Shown here: positions 40,831-50,057 of the stretch, piece after piece
Position numbering within the stretch: position 1 is the first letter of the stretch
Layout of the letters: the number at the start of each line of letters is the position of its first letter
Assembly: GCA_040285745.1 (NCBI GenBank)
Contig: JAUFOR010000006.1
Coordinates: forward strand, 558,001-622,000
Direction of reading: 5' to 3'
Length of the DNA: 64,000 nt
Origin: Barthelona sp. PCE
Lineage: Eukaryota
Notes under the pieces: generated by a model
Told to the model about the DNA's origin: nothing
Seen by the model: the letters and a program-made list of their open reading frames with translations, nothing else
The model's database searches: none
Translations under genes and position numbers: made by a program

Positions 40831-41979
40831 ATGTCTTTGGAAACCCTCCTACAAACACAGGGTGTGACGCGTTTGAATAGTCCATTTTCAAGGAAGAAGA
40901 GAAACATTAATGTGAATACCTCAGATCTTATGTTTTCCAACACAGCAAGCTTCAAAAACCAGCTGAGGAAGATCCAAGAGAGCTTTACACCCGAATCGAT
41001 AACTCCAGTAGAACGAACAATTGTTTCTCCCCACAAAAGTTCTGCCCAACCTATCAAGCAGGATCTCTTCGACTATATTCTCACAAAGACTAGAAGAGAG
41101 GGCCCCTCCGTGTCGGAGACATACTCTCCAAAAATCAATCGCACAAGTCGGAAACTAGCACAACGGAACGAGCTACTCGTTGCAGAACAATTAACCAACC
41201 TTATATTTGGGACGGAAACGCACATGACGTATGCGCAGATTGAGCTCGCAATGAGAAATGTGAATGAAGAGTTGGAGCAGGATTTTTCGGGGATCATCAA
41301 TGAAACGATGAAAGAGCATAGAATACAGCATTTAGATAGAGATGTTTTTGGTGGAATAATTGCACAGAGCCTTGAGAAGCCACACCTGACGCATTGGAAG
41401 GTTGTATCGCATCGTATCTCAAAAAAAAGAAGAAGACAGAATATTGAACCAAAATTTATTGATTTTGATACACAGTCAGTTAATAATGACAAGAAGCGAA
41501 GGGCCAGCAGGCGGACGTTTGAGAGGCTGTATAAAGATGCAGAAAAGAAAGAGAAGAAAATTGAAAAATTAAAAAATTCAAATATAATAGAATATTCTTT
41601 TAAACCTGTCATTAATGATAATTCTCACAAGCTTGCACCATCATATGTACCCTGTGTTGAGCGTCTGCTGAATAAGAAGGTCTCCAAGCCAAAACAAGAA
41701 ACAAAAAAGTATTCCTTCAGTCCAAAGATTAACCCCATGCCTGAATACATCCATTCAATAAGGCAACGTGCTTTAAAGAAGGGCGATATCGAGAGAATTA
41801 TGGAAGAGGGTATTATGGACCGTGTTGAGGAGTCTGACGATGGATATTCAAATATGTTGAATATGAATGACTACACGCCACTCAAGTATAAGACCCCTAA
41901 GAAGCAAAACAAGAGGTATTACGATTTTAGTGTGCTGTCTCCCACCATTCCTCTAACACCAACTCGTCTTCATAAATAA
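40831..41979 (+). CDS. Hypothetical basic protein with repeated (Y/F)SFxPxIN motifs, probably cytoskeletal or flagellar
   Basis: TYSPKIN, FERLYKDA, YSFKPVIN and YSFSPKIN repeats. Confidence 0.65.
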   Translation: MSLETLLQTQGVTRLNSPFSRKKRNINVNTSDLMFSNTASFKNQLRKIQESFTPESITPVERTIVSPHKSSAQPIKQDLFDYILTKTRREGPSVSETYSPKINRTSRKLAQRNELLVAEQLTNLIFGTETHMTYAQIELAMRNVNEELEQDFSGIINETMKEHRIQHLDRDVFGGIIAQSLEKPHLTHWKVVSHRISKKRRRQNIEPKFIDFDTQSVNNDKKRRASRRTFERLYKDAEKKEKKIEKLKNSNIIEYSFKPVINDNSHKLAPSYVPCVERLLNKKVSKPKQETKKYSFSPKINPMPEYIHSIRQRALKKGDIERIMEEGIMDRVEESDDGYSNMLNMNDYTPLKYKTPKKQNKRYYDFSVLSPTIPLTPTRLHK

Positions 41980-42010
41980 AACAATTATTGATTTCAATTA
42001 TAAAAAATCA

Positions 42011-42922
42011 CTAAAGATCCTTGGAAATGGTTTCCAACATCTCAATTGCTTCACTAATATTATTATGTGATTGACTCAATGCTGAGGACGCCACGTCGGC
42101 TGGGAACCCTGCGTCAACAAACAACTTCAGGATGTGAGGTTGAACGGAATCTGTCTCAGATTGATAAGCGTGATCTGGCCTGATATAAGGACGTGCCAAA
42201 GGTTGGTTGGGGGCTGAACGGGATAGTACTCGCTGCGATGTGACTAGAGAGAGATCCGTTTCAGAAAGGTTTTGAATCATGCCGTAGAAACTTCGAAAAT
42301 ATTCACTTCCGAAAGTTTTGAACTTTTTTATCAACAAAGAAGGGAAAATTATCCTAATAATGTATGTAAGTCCCTGTCTGATGCGAGGAGCTTTAAGCAT
42401 TATGAAACCTAAACCTAAAAATACTAAACATACTATAATGTTAAGTGTGGAAACAAAAAACAAACAAAATAGTGTGCATACCAACAAAGGGAAGTAAATT
42501 GGGGGAACAAATAGGTTCTCATATTTGAGTTTAGGTGATAATTTCACAATAAAAGGGATAAAGAAGAAAATAACACAAAACATGTTGAGAGAATCATCCA
42601 CCATGATTGTGTTAATAAGTGAAAACGTAGTCAAGACCACTGCGACGAAAATTACAAGTGCTATATATTGAACATGACCCAAAGCACGCTCGATTCTGCG
42701 ATTACTGTACAGAAATATTGCTAGAATAAGTATTAAAATAGGTTGATCATAGTAAAACAGCAAGTATACAATGCCAATCTTATTTTTCCTAATATCATTA
42801 GTCGTGACACAGCTTTGAATATCAGTTAGAACTCCAATTGCAAAATTAAAGATGACAAACACGTAAAGTAGCACCTCTGATACCGTTGCTTTAAAAAATC
42901 CTGGGTTGCTCCCTAAAAACAT
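42011..42922 (-). CDS. Rhomboid-like pseudoprotease with C-terminal UBA domain (UBAC2/Dsc2-like)
   Basis: LYSNRRIERALG...Y motif within the TM region; C-terminal UBA (FVDAGFP...A..AL..SHNNI..AIEML). Confidence 0.75.
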   Translation of the reverse strand: MFLGSNPGFFKATVSEVLLYVFVIFNFAIGVLTDIQSCVTTNDIRKNKIGIVYLLFYYDQPILILILAIFLYSNRRIERALGHVQYIALVIFVAVVLTTFSLINTIMVDDSLNMFCVIFFFIPFIVKLSPKLKYENLFVPPIYFPLLVCTLFCLFFVSTLNIIVCLVFLGLGFIMLKAPRIRQGLTYIIRIIFPSLLIKKFKTFGSEYFRSFYGMIQNLSETDLSLVTSQRVLSRSAPNQPLARPYIRPDHAYQSETDSVQPHILKLFVDAGFPADVASSALSQSHNNISEAIEMLETISKDL

Positions 42923-43092
42923 GTTGATGAAAACCCTGAAAAAGAAAAATTATCAGAAAACAGTGTTTTCTTTAGTATTTAACTATATCATCCATAAAAC
43001 TTTATTGAAAAGGAAAAAACACATCACTCAGCGTACTAAAACACCTGAACTTTATAATCGATTATTGTTTTGCATTTTTCTCTTTCATTCAG

Positions 43093-44187
43093 ATGAAAAC
43101 TGATATTAAAAGTATTATTAGGGCAGCTGCTTTCAATACGGGGGTCCTTTCAACTCCAATTTTTAGGGCTGGACATATTCCCACACCAAGTTACAGTCGC
43201 AGATATCATAACTCAGTCGGAGAAAACGTATACAGCGTTGGAACGGTTGGAGGCGGTCCTCTGGAGTTCGCTTGTGACCAATTAGTTGATACAGTTATGG
43301 CTGAAGAAACAGGTTATGTGCAGTACATCTTCCTTACAGCCCAATCTATTGACAGTAATGAGCCCACGTGTGGCGGACGTGCAGCTGTGCTCGTTGAGCC
43401 CACAACAGTTACACATAGTCTTTTGGAGCAATTTTCTACAATATTAGACGAACGAAAACCTTTTTATGAGGTTATAGTTTTTGAGACTGACCATGTCACT
43501 AACGCAGAGCACCCAGATGATGAGAACTTCACTGTGGCACACCCTGTGCAGTTTACAAGACACATTATTCCAACTTGTGCCCTTGAATCATACGATATAG
43601 AGGATGAGGCTAAACACATCATTTCTAATTTTGATGGAACAGAGGAATACTTCCCAATGTCAAACAACAGGGCATTGTACCTGGCGTATCACCGTCCACA
43701 CCCCAAACTTTACATATTTGGTGCTGGTCATGTTGGTCAGAAAGTTGCACCTATAGCAACCATTGCTGGTTTTGAAACTGTTTTAGTTGATAATAGACAG
43801 GGATTACTGGACATTTTAGCTCCTTCCAATGAGTATACTACTGTTTTCAGTGATTACACAGATATCATTGAAACCTTTGGCATTCAATCTTGTGATTATG
43901 CAGTTATTGTGACATACGGTCACAAGCATGATCATACTGTCGTCCTCCAGCTACTTCCTGTGCACCTAAAATATGTTGGAATGATTGGAAGTCGTGTTAA
44001 AGTTGCAGCAATGCGTAGAAAACTTAGTGAAGAAGGTTTTACTCAACAAGATATCGATTCGGTGTATGCTCCTATTGGATTGCCTATTGGTGGTGATACT
44101 GCTGGTGAGATCGCTGTGGGTATTGTCGCACAGCTCATCAAGGTAAAGACCGGAGGTAAAAAAGGAAACAAATGTGGCAGTAAATGA
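43093..44187 (+). CDS. xdhC: XdhC/CoxF-family xanthine dehydrogenase accessory protein (molybdenum cofactor chaperone)
   Basis: GTVGGG.LE, CGG....LVEP, LYIFGAGHVG, VIVTYGH.HD, YVGMIGSR.K and APIGL.IGGDT.GEIAV.IVAQLI motifs. Confidence 0.92.
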   Translation: MKTDIKSIIRAAAFNTGVLSTPIFRAGHIPTPSYSRRYHNSVGENVYSVGTVGGGPLEFACDQLVDTVMAEETGYVQYIFLTAQSIDSNEPTCGGRAAVLVEPTTVTHSLLEQFSTILDERKPFYEVIVFETDHVTNAEHPDDENFTVAHPVQFTRHIIPTCALESYDIEDEAKHIISNFDGTEEYFPMSNNRALYLAYHRPHPKLYIFGAGHVGQKVAPIATIAGFETVLVDNRQGLLDILAPSNEYTTVFSDYTDIIETFGIQSCDYAVIVTYGHKHDHTVVLQLLPVHLKYVGMIGSRVKVAAMRRKLSEEGFTQQDIDSVYAPIGLPIGGDTAGEIAVGIVAQLIKVKTGGKKGNKCGSK

Positions 44188-44192
44188 TTTTT

Positions 44193-45485
44193 TTAAAAAA
44201 AGGCACTATACTTTAATTTTGCTTCCATACAATCAGCTGCTGTGGCTCTCAGTAAGTTCAAATTCTGTAAAAACTCATCATCCTCACACAATTTCTCGAG
44301 CTGGTTACTATTCTCAACATACTCCATTAAACTCGTTAAACGACGCGTAACCCGTGACAGCACCTCGGCGGTGGACTCAGGCATGCTCATCAACACAGCT
44401 CTTGAGTGTTCGTTAACCTTTCGTACAACCTTCATATCCTCCTTAGTATTCAACAACATTACCATCAATGAATCATCGAATAGTTGTCTTATGAGCTCAA
44501 TATCGCGCCCCTCGGTGTTTATGGACTCAATAATAACGTGATTGCTGTAAATACCACGTGAATCAACACGCTCATAAATAACGCTAATAGAGAATGGGAA
44601 AACAACCTGATTACGGTCAAGCATGAAGCTGAGGTGCTCTGCGATGTCCTCGTCACCATAAAGCGCCTTTAAATCAAGAGATTTTGCCCAAGTACCTGTT
44701 TTTGGGCAAAAAAACTGTAACCCCTCATTAGGACCACTAAAAACTACATTACGCAGACGAGAGAACACAAGTCCGTTGAGGATCTCGTCCACTGCAAGCG
44801 ACATGTGTTCAGAATCTTGAATTGTGTAAGACCAAGCATTCATTTCTTCACAAAGTTCATTAAAATCAATGTTTTGCGTTTTGAAGCCAATGAAAGTATG
44901 GAAAAAATTCGTAATTGTATTGCTCAGATTGCTGACAATATCCTTAAAAGAGCAATAATGCTCCGTCGGAATACCGTCAGAAAGAACTATAGAGGAATTT
45001 ATAGCCTTTGTGTTGAGATATTTAGCGCTCTCGTTGACTGCATCGAATAGATCAGTGAGCCCTCCAATCTCAATGTCTTCTAATTTTCTGAACAAAGAAG
45101 ACATATTTGATTTTAAACGTCCACTGTATAACTCTTCCTTAACATCTTCTTTGAAGGCAACGACGTGTACTGACACCTTAGCCACCTTTCCCTCCTCGAG
45201 AATTGTGTGTAGAGTTGTTAACATATGACGCAAAGTCAATACAGCCATTTGGAACATATTTATACCATCCTTTACCGTTCTATTCATACTTGCTGAAGTG
45301 TCTAGTGCGAAGTATAAGTTCAGTTTCTGATTCTTGATATCGAGAGGCAACAAATCATTATCCAAAATGTTAAGAGCAACAAAATCAGTGCTATCGACTG
45401 TTCCTGTGGGTACTGGAAACATATCACGCACATCGTCTGGAATGGAGCTCAATGTAATGCCCTGAAGTGCTTTAATCCTATGCAT
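44193..45485 (-). CDS. von Willebrand factor A (vWA) domain protein
   Basis: MIDAS motif LDTSASM, GGLTDL and VLSDG.PT. Confidence 0.85.
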   Translation of the reverse strand: MHRIKALQGITLSSIPDDVRDMFPVPTGTVDSTDFVALNILDNDLLPLDIKNQKLNLYFALDTSASMNRTVKDGINMFQMAVLTLRHMLTTLHTILEEGKVAKVSVHVVAFKEDVKEELYSGRLKSNMSSLFRKLEDIEIGGLTDLFDAVNESAKYLNTKAINSSIVLSDGIPTEHYCSFKDIVSNLSNTITNFFHTFIGFKTQNIDFNELCEEMNAWSYTIQDSEHMSLAVDEILNGLVFSRLRNVVFSGPNEGLQFFCPKTGTWAKSLDLKALYGDEDIAEHLSFMLDRNQVVFPFSISVIYERVDSRGIYSNHVIIESINTEGRDIELIRQLFDDSLMVMLLNTKEDMKVVRKVNEHSRAVLMSMPESTAEVLSRVTRRLTSLMEYVENSNQLEKLCEDDEFLQNLNLLRATAADCMEAKLKYSAFF

Positions 45486-45666
45486 AGAAAGGTGAAGAAA
45501 GTAATTGCATGCTAGATTCTTTATTCCATAAATCAGTCCACATTACCCTATCTATAATATCTTTACGCAAGCATTACCACTAAAAAAACTGTGACTTCCA
45601 AAAAATCTCAAATCCCAAAACTGGGAATCATGTGTCCAATTACATTCTTGATATGCATTTATTACC

Positions 45667-46437
45667 TTATCCGTAAAGAGACTGATGCTGTCTCGTCCTG
45701 CCCTTTGGTTGCTTAACGAGCTTAATGTTCTTCACTAAAAGATCATAGATCAAAAGATAATTGTTCCTAATATCCAAGAAACACATTGTGACATTCATTC
45801 TTTGCTTTTCATCTAACTCAAAAATGGCATTGATGTAATCCTCTAACTTAGGATATTTATAACTCTTACTAATGAGCTTACCACGGGTCAGGAAGTACTT
45901 TGTGATCTGTTCAAGAGTCTCCAAGGCTGCTTCTTCAGCGTTACCAAGCTCTTGGATAATTTCTGATTGGACAGCTGCTCCAAAATTGTTTCCATCTTCT
46001 ATCTTGGGGACACGCATCTGGATCCAGTGCTTGACCTTGCCAAGCGAATCAATGTATGAGAAAAGTTCTGCTTTGAGATCACGTAAAAGGCCTTGCAATT
46101 TTCTGTTCATAGGAACCCGATTCGAAGCACAGTAGTTGTATTTGAATGACTCGGAGTCGACATCTTCAAGAACACCGTTCAAATTTGATGCTGTACGCTT
46201 ACGAGAGAGAACTTCTGGAGGAACAAAGTCCCTAAAATCAATGAGCACGTCTACATCGAATAAAGCTTCGGGGGTTGACTGAAGCTCGCGGACCTTCTTG
46301 CTCAATTCCAGGAATCTGCGTGGAAAGACATGATAAATTAAATGCTCAGCTGTCTTTGCTGTTTCAGCCTTGTAATCGTCAATAGCCTTCAGAATATCGC
46401 TGGGAGTTTCGTTCTTTTCGTCTTTATCGAAATCCAT
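45667..46437 (-). CDS. PSME3: Proteasome activator PA28/11S (PSME3-like)
   Basis: WIQ..VPKIEDGNNFG..VQ, YFLTRGKLISK..KYP..EDY and IRNNY..IYDL..KN...V..P motifs. Confidence 0.93.
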   Translation of the reverse strand: MDFDKDEKNETPSDILKAIDDYKAETAKTAEHLIYHVFPRRFLELSKKVRELQSTPEALFDVDVLIDFRDFVPPEVLSRKRTASNLNGVLEDVDSESFKYNYCASNRVPMNRKLQGLLRDLKAELFSYIDSLGKVKHWIQMRVPKIEDGNNFGAAVQSEIIQELGNAEEAALETLEQITKYFLTRGKLISKSYKYPKLEDYINAIFELDEKQRMNVTMCFLDIRNNYLLIYDLLVKNIKLVKQPKGRTRQHQSLYG

Positions 46438-46752
46438 TTTGTGAAAGAAAGAATATTTGAAAAAGGACAGTTTGTAACTGAATTAAACTGCACATCTGTG
46501 CTGACACGGTATTTTTCAATGGAGTAGGTTGAATACAGTTTGCAAACTCTAGCTGAGAAAGATTTTGCAAAATAGGCCCACATTCTCTATTGTTATCACT
46601 CATCAACAGCATAGATTGAAACGTTCAGAGCATGTATTCCAAATTCAAAGTATGATTGTTTCATTAAACCTAAAATAAGATGTATTGTGTTACCACACCC
46701 ATCTCTTTTAATTTTTGCATTTTATTGCATTTAAAGGACCACACATTGGGAG

Positions 46753-47262
46753 ATGACAAGCCAACACGCAGTTGATGTTGTTGTAGGGGGCAAACTATTC
46801 ACATCTACATGGGAAACCCTCTTATCACAATCTAATAGTTACTTTTTCTCGCTTCCACGTTCCACTTTCGTATTTCTTGACCGTGATTGGACTCATTTTC
46901 CACGGATTCTTGAATATCTTCGTTTAGGAATGACAAACCTTGATTTTGAAAAAATGAATCTGTTAGAACTGAATGAATTCATGATAGAGGCAAAGTTCTA
47001 TCGTCTTACACATCTTAAGCGTGCTATAGAAAACGAAATTATGCTGAGACAATCGCTAGAAGAGGAAAAGAATTTTATTTTCTCAAAACAATATAATTTT
47101 GATATTCCACCACTGAATTATAAGCTCATCAAGTGTGGAAATCATAGTAAGGAAGAAGTACTAATAATGTTAAACAATTTGGGCAGAGCAGGCTATTTTT
47201 ATGAAAAAAATTACTATAATAATGAATTAATCATCATATTAAGTAGAAGAGTTCCTAAATAG
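46753..47262 (+). CDS. BTB/POZ (KCTD-type) domain protein
   Basis: VVGGKLFTST..TL....SYF...FLDRD..HF..ILEYLR.G...EAKFY.L. Confidence 0.88.
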   Translation: MTSQHAVDVVVGGKLFTSTWETLLSQSNSYFFSLPRSTFVFLDRDWTHFPRILEYLRLGMTNLDFEKMNLLELNEFMIEAKFYRLTHLKRAIENEIMLRQSLEEEKNFIFSKQYNFDIPPLNYKLIKCGNHSKEEVLIMLNNLGRAGYFYEKNYYNNELIIILSRRVPK

Positions 47263-48061
47263 AAAGGAAACGTCTATAAAACACAACCAACTGTTCACCT
47301 AGCTCCTCCGCGTTGGAAATTTGGAAGCAACTATAAGTTTTATCAAAGAACAACGTCATCATTTTTCCCATTTCAGTTTGATGATCGATTGCGTTAGGCA
47401 GCGTTTGTAAACTCTTTGTTACAAATACAACTTGTTTGGTTTGACAGATTAAAATCAATTTTTCCTCATTACCTTCAATCAATTGCTTCCATACGGGTAT
47501 TAAACGACGAATATCGACACGGTACTTTCCGTCTGTGAGTAAAGATCGGGCAAAAACCGCCTTGAAAGCATTCTCCATTGGTTCGTTGACAGTTAATACA
47601 GCTTCTTCAACCGTCACTTCCTTTCCAAAAGGACGGCGGTTAGCAAGGATGGGGAGCTGGCGGTCGATGGAGAGCAACGCCTCTTCGTTGTACGCGAGAA
47701 CATAATAAGCAACACATCGATCACTAATTGAAGGAATTAAAAAAAAAAAAAGTGCATTTGCTACGATAGTACCAACACCGTGACAAATAACAAAGAAGTG
47801 GCGTGGGTTGATCTCTTCAATCAAGGATTGAAGGGCACCGACAGAAATGTCAATAAAATCACTATATTCGCAATCTGATGATTGACCATGGTTAGGGAGA
47901 TCGACTACAAGAGTATTGAACTGCTCAACTGCACCGATGAGAGGTTCAAAACTCGTACTGCTCGAGAATATGTTGTGTAAACAAATGATAAGTGGATTGG
48001 TTTCGTTTCTGATGTTTACGTTGTAGAAAACGCTTTTATCTGAGATTTCGACGAAAGGCAT
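47255..48061 (-). CDS. Alpha/beta-hydrolase-fold protein, probably catalytically inactive
   Basis: IICLHN...SS..F and VDLPNHGQS motifs; the nucleophile elbow reads ICHGVG with no Ser. Confidence 0.75.
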   Translation of the reverse strand: MPFVEISDKSVFYNVNIRNETNPLIICLHNIFSSSTSFEPLIGAVEQFNTLVVDLPNHGQSSDCEYSDFIDISVGALQSLIEEINPRHFFVICHGVGTIVANALFFFLIPSISDRCVAYYVLAYNEEALLSIDRQLPILANRRPFGKEVTVEEAVLTVNEPMENAFKAVFARSLLTDGKYRVDIRRLIPVWKQLIEGNEEKLILICQTKQVVFVTKSLQTLPNAIDHQTEMGKMMTLFFDKTYSCFQISNAEELGEQLVVFYRRFLSI

Positions 48062-48115
48062 AGTATGCAAAAATGGAAAGAGAGTGTAAACAAAAATACA
48101 TTCTCATTCATTAAC

Positions 48116-49435
48116 ATGGCTGAAGAACAGGAGTTACCGGAGTATGTGCACTTTGCGGCTGAGGCTTTGAGTCCATTCCTCCCCTCAGAGGCTATAATTC
48201 TGGAAAGGCTAGTACGTCCCAAATTTAGATACTTACATTACATTATAACTGGGGTTTTCCATGCAACAGGGTTTGCAGAGGGGCTATATGATGATGCTGA
48301 GATGGATGCAAAGAGCTACGGCTCAAAGGAAGATAAAATGCGTTTTTTCGCTAAAGCTATTGCTATTGTAACATTAACACTTCAGAAACAGATGCCCACC
48401 AAGCCAAGAAACATTGTTTCGGGCCAGGATGCAGATAAAACGTCGGATTTCTTAGTTTATCTAGTTGATGCCGCAAGTTCAGGGAAGGATGTGACACCTT
48501 TTGTAGCAAAAATTAGAGAAAAGACCGATCCCAAACCACAGGAGGATCCTGAGCCAAGTGCACCTGTTGCTCATCGTGATCCATCACCCGAACCTGAACG
48601 TGAGATTGATCCATCACCTGAACCTGAACGTGAGATTGAACCAGAACCTTCAGTTGAGTACAGAGATCCTTCACCTGAACCTGAGGAACCAGCCGTGTAT
48701 ATGCCAGAGCCGAATATCGGTGAAAGACCAGTGTCTCATGCAGCTGAATCTCCAATGGCACCTACCCCAACAAATGAAGAAATTGAACGACCAACTACAC
48801 GTCTCACGGGTGAAGATATCCAGAGTAGATCACGCAGAGGACCACCTCGTTCTAGAGCTTCATCCACTCGTTCTGTAGCATCAGCTAAACCTGAACAAGT
48901 ACGAAAGATGAGTATAGTTGTTGAAAGTGAAGGAGAAAGTGAAGAAGAAGTTGTTGATTTTGATGAATTTGCACCTGAAGAAGAAGGAAACGTAGAAGTA
49001 AGAGGAAAATTAACATCAGATTTGGTTGCAGAAAAAAAAAGATTGTCAGCAAGACGTGATTCTGGAAGATTATCTTCAAGAAAATCATTGCAATTAGATG
49101 AAATTGAAAGTTTAAAGGATCAGATTCAATTATGGTGTCAAAAAACTATTCCAATCACAAGGAATTTAGATTTCGTAATGGAAAATGTAGGTGATATGAT
49201 GACTGAATTTAAAAATTATCTGGATTTAATTGACCAATTAGAAGGTCAACTAATGGAAAGTGAAGATGCTTTGGAGATTAATTTGATGCCAATTAAAAAT
49301 CAAATTTTAATTAAAGAGCAAAGAATCACTGATTTAAAGAAGAAGACTACTACATTGAAGGGTTTATTATATGAAAGTGAAAATACAATTAATCAGTTAG
49401 TAATGTCAACCGTTAGTAACTCTGAATATAATTAA
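48116..49435 (+). CDS. IFT54: Intraflagellar transport protein IFT54/TRAF3IP1 (MIP-T3)
   Basis: L.RPKFRYLH.II..V...TGF.EGLY...E, K.DK..F..K.I and IVSG....KT..FL motifs; C-terminal coiled coil with GKL..., IQ..C....P....LDF..E. Confidence 0.88.
   Translation: MAEEQELPEYVHFAAEALSPFLPSEAIILERLVRPKFRYLHYIITGVFHATGFAEGLYDDAEMDAKSYGSKEDKMRFFAKAIAIVTLTLQKQMPTKPRNIVSGQDADKTSDFLVYLVDAASSGKDVTPFVAKIREKTDPKPQEDPEPSAPVAHRDPSPEPEREIDPSPEPEREIEPEPSVEYRDPSPEPEEPAVYMPEPNIGERPVSHAAESPMAPTPTNEEIERPTTRLTGEDIQSRSRRGPPRSRASSTRSVASAKPEQVRKMSIVVESEGESEEEVVDFDEFAPEEEGNVEVRGKLTSDLVAEKKRLSARRDSGRLSSRKSLQLDEIESLKDQIQLWCQKTIPITRNLDFVMENVGDMMTEFKNYLDLIDQLEGQLMESEDALEINLMPIKNQILIKEQRITDLKKKTTTLKGLLYESENTINQLVMSTVSNSEYN
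48578..48684 (+). repeat. Coding tandem repeat: 30-bp unit GATCCATCACC(C/T)GAACCTGAACGTGAGATT x2 plus a partial third copy (DPSPEPEREI)
   Basis: Directly visible at 48578-48607 and 48608-48637, with a partial copy from 48665. Confidence 0.9.
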
Positions 49436-49511
49436 GGTGGTTGTAAAAATATCTAAGAATGATTTCTTTGTCATTCAACAAATAATAAAGTGCTATTTAC
49501 TATGATGCGAA

Positions 49512-50057
49512 TTACTCCTCAGCTGCAGGTTCAGAAACAGTGGTAGAGGGAGCAAGAGTTGAAATGAAATCCTTGACAACATTATGTGTTGGAGAAGTTG
49601 CTGCTTTGATTCTAGCAACTAAATTACCCTGTGTGTCAAAAATCCACTTGCTAAAGTTCCACTCGATGGCACCGCCAAGTTCTGATGCAATAAGTTGTGC
49701 ATAGAAAGGGTGAATATCATTTCCTTTAACATGAATAAGATCACCTAGGATATAATCAACGTCAAATTCATCCATGTAACATTCGACAACTTCTTCGTTT
49801 GTACCCTTTTCTTGATTTAAAAAGTCAGACGTGGGCATTCCAATGATTTCAACAGATGGAAACTCCTTTTTTAATGCTGTTAATTCATTAAGCTGTCCCC
49901 TGTACCCGCATTCGGAAGCGGTGTTGACCAACATAACAACCTTACCCTTCAGCTTCTCGGAATCTACGCCGGGTAGTTGTGCTTGTTGAATATTTAAGTC
50001 AGTAATTGGTTCTGAAGCGGTTCTTAACTTGCGCCCGATTAATCCAAAGAAAACCAT
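49512..50057 (-). CDS. GPX: Cys-type glutathione peroxidase-family peroxidase
   Basis: VNTASECGY (Cys codon, not TGA), P..DF.NQE and WNFSKW motifs; second Cys in EVVECY. Confidence 0.93.
   Translation of the reverse strand: MVFFGLIGRKLRTASEPITDLNIQQAQLPGVDSEKLKGKVVMLVNTASECGYRGQLNELTALKKEFPSVEIIGMPTSDFLNQEKGTNEEVVECYMDEFDVDYILGDLIHVKGNDIHPFYAQLIASELGGAIEWNFSKWIFDTQGNLVARIKAATSPTHNVVKDFISTLAPSTTVSEPAAEE

Noticed and set aside
44150-44187. Polybasic + CGSK C-terminus of XdhC as a CaaX prenylation signal
   Set aside because: The G-S-K residues do not fit the CaaX consensus.
47739-47751. A13 homopolymer inside the hydrolase-fold gene
   Set aside because: It stays in frame (LFFFL), so there is no evidence of slippage or phase variation.
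48578-48684. 30-bp direct repeats as a CRISPR-like array
   Set aside because: The repeats are contiguous, coding (DPSPEPEREI) and have no unique spacers; the context is eukaryotic.
49890-49930. Selenocysteine in the peroxidase, or a SECIS in the 56085-56147 hairpin
   Set aside because: The active-site codon is TGC (Cys). The hairpin lacks correctly placed tandem GA pairs and neighbouring ORFs have no in-frame TGA.
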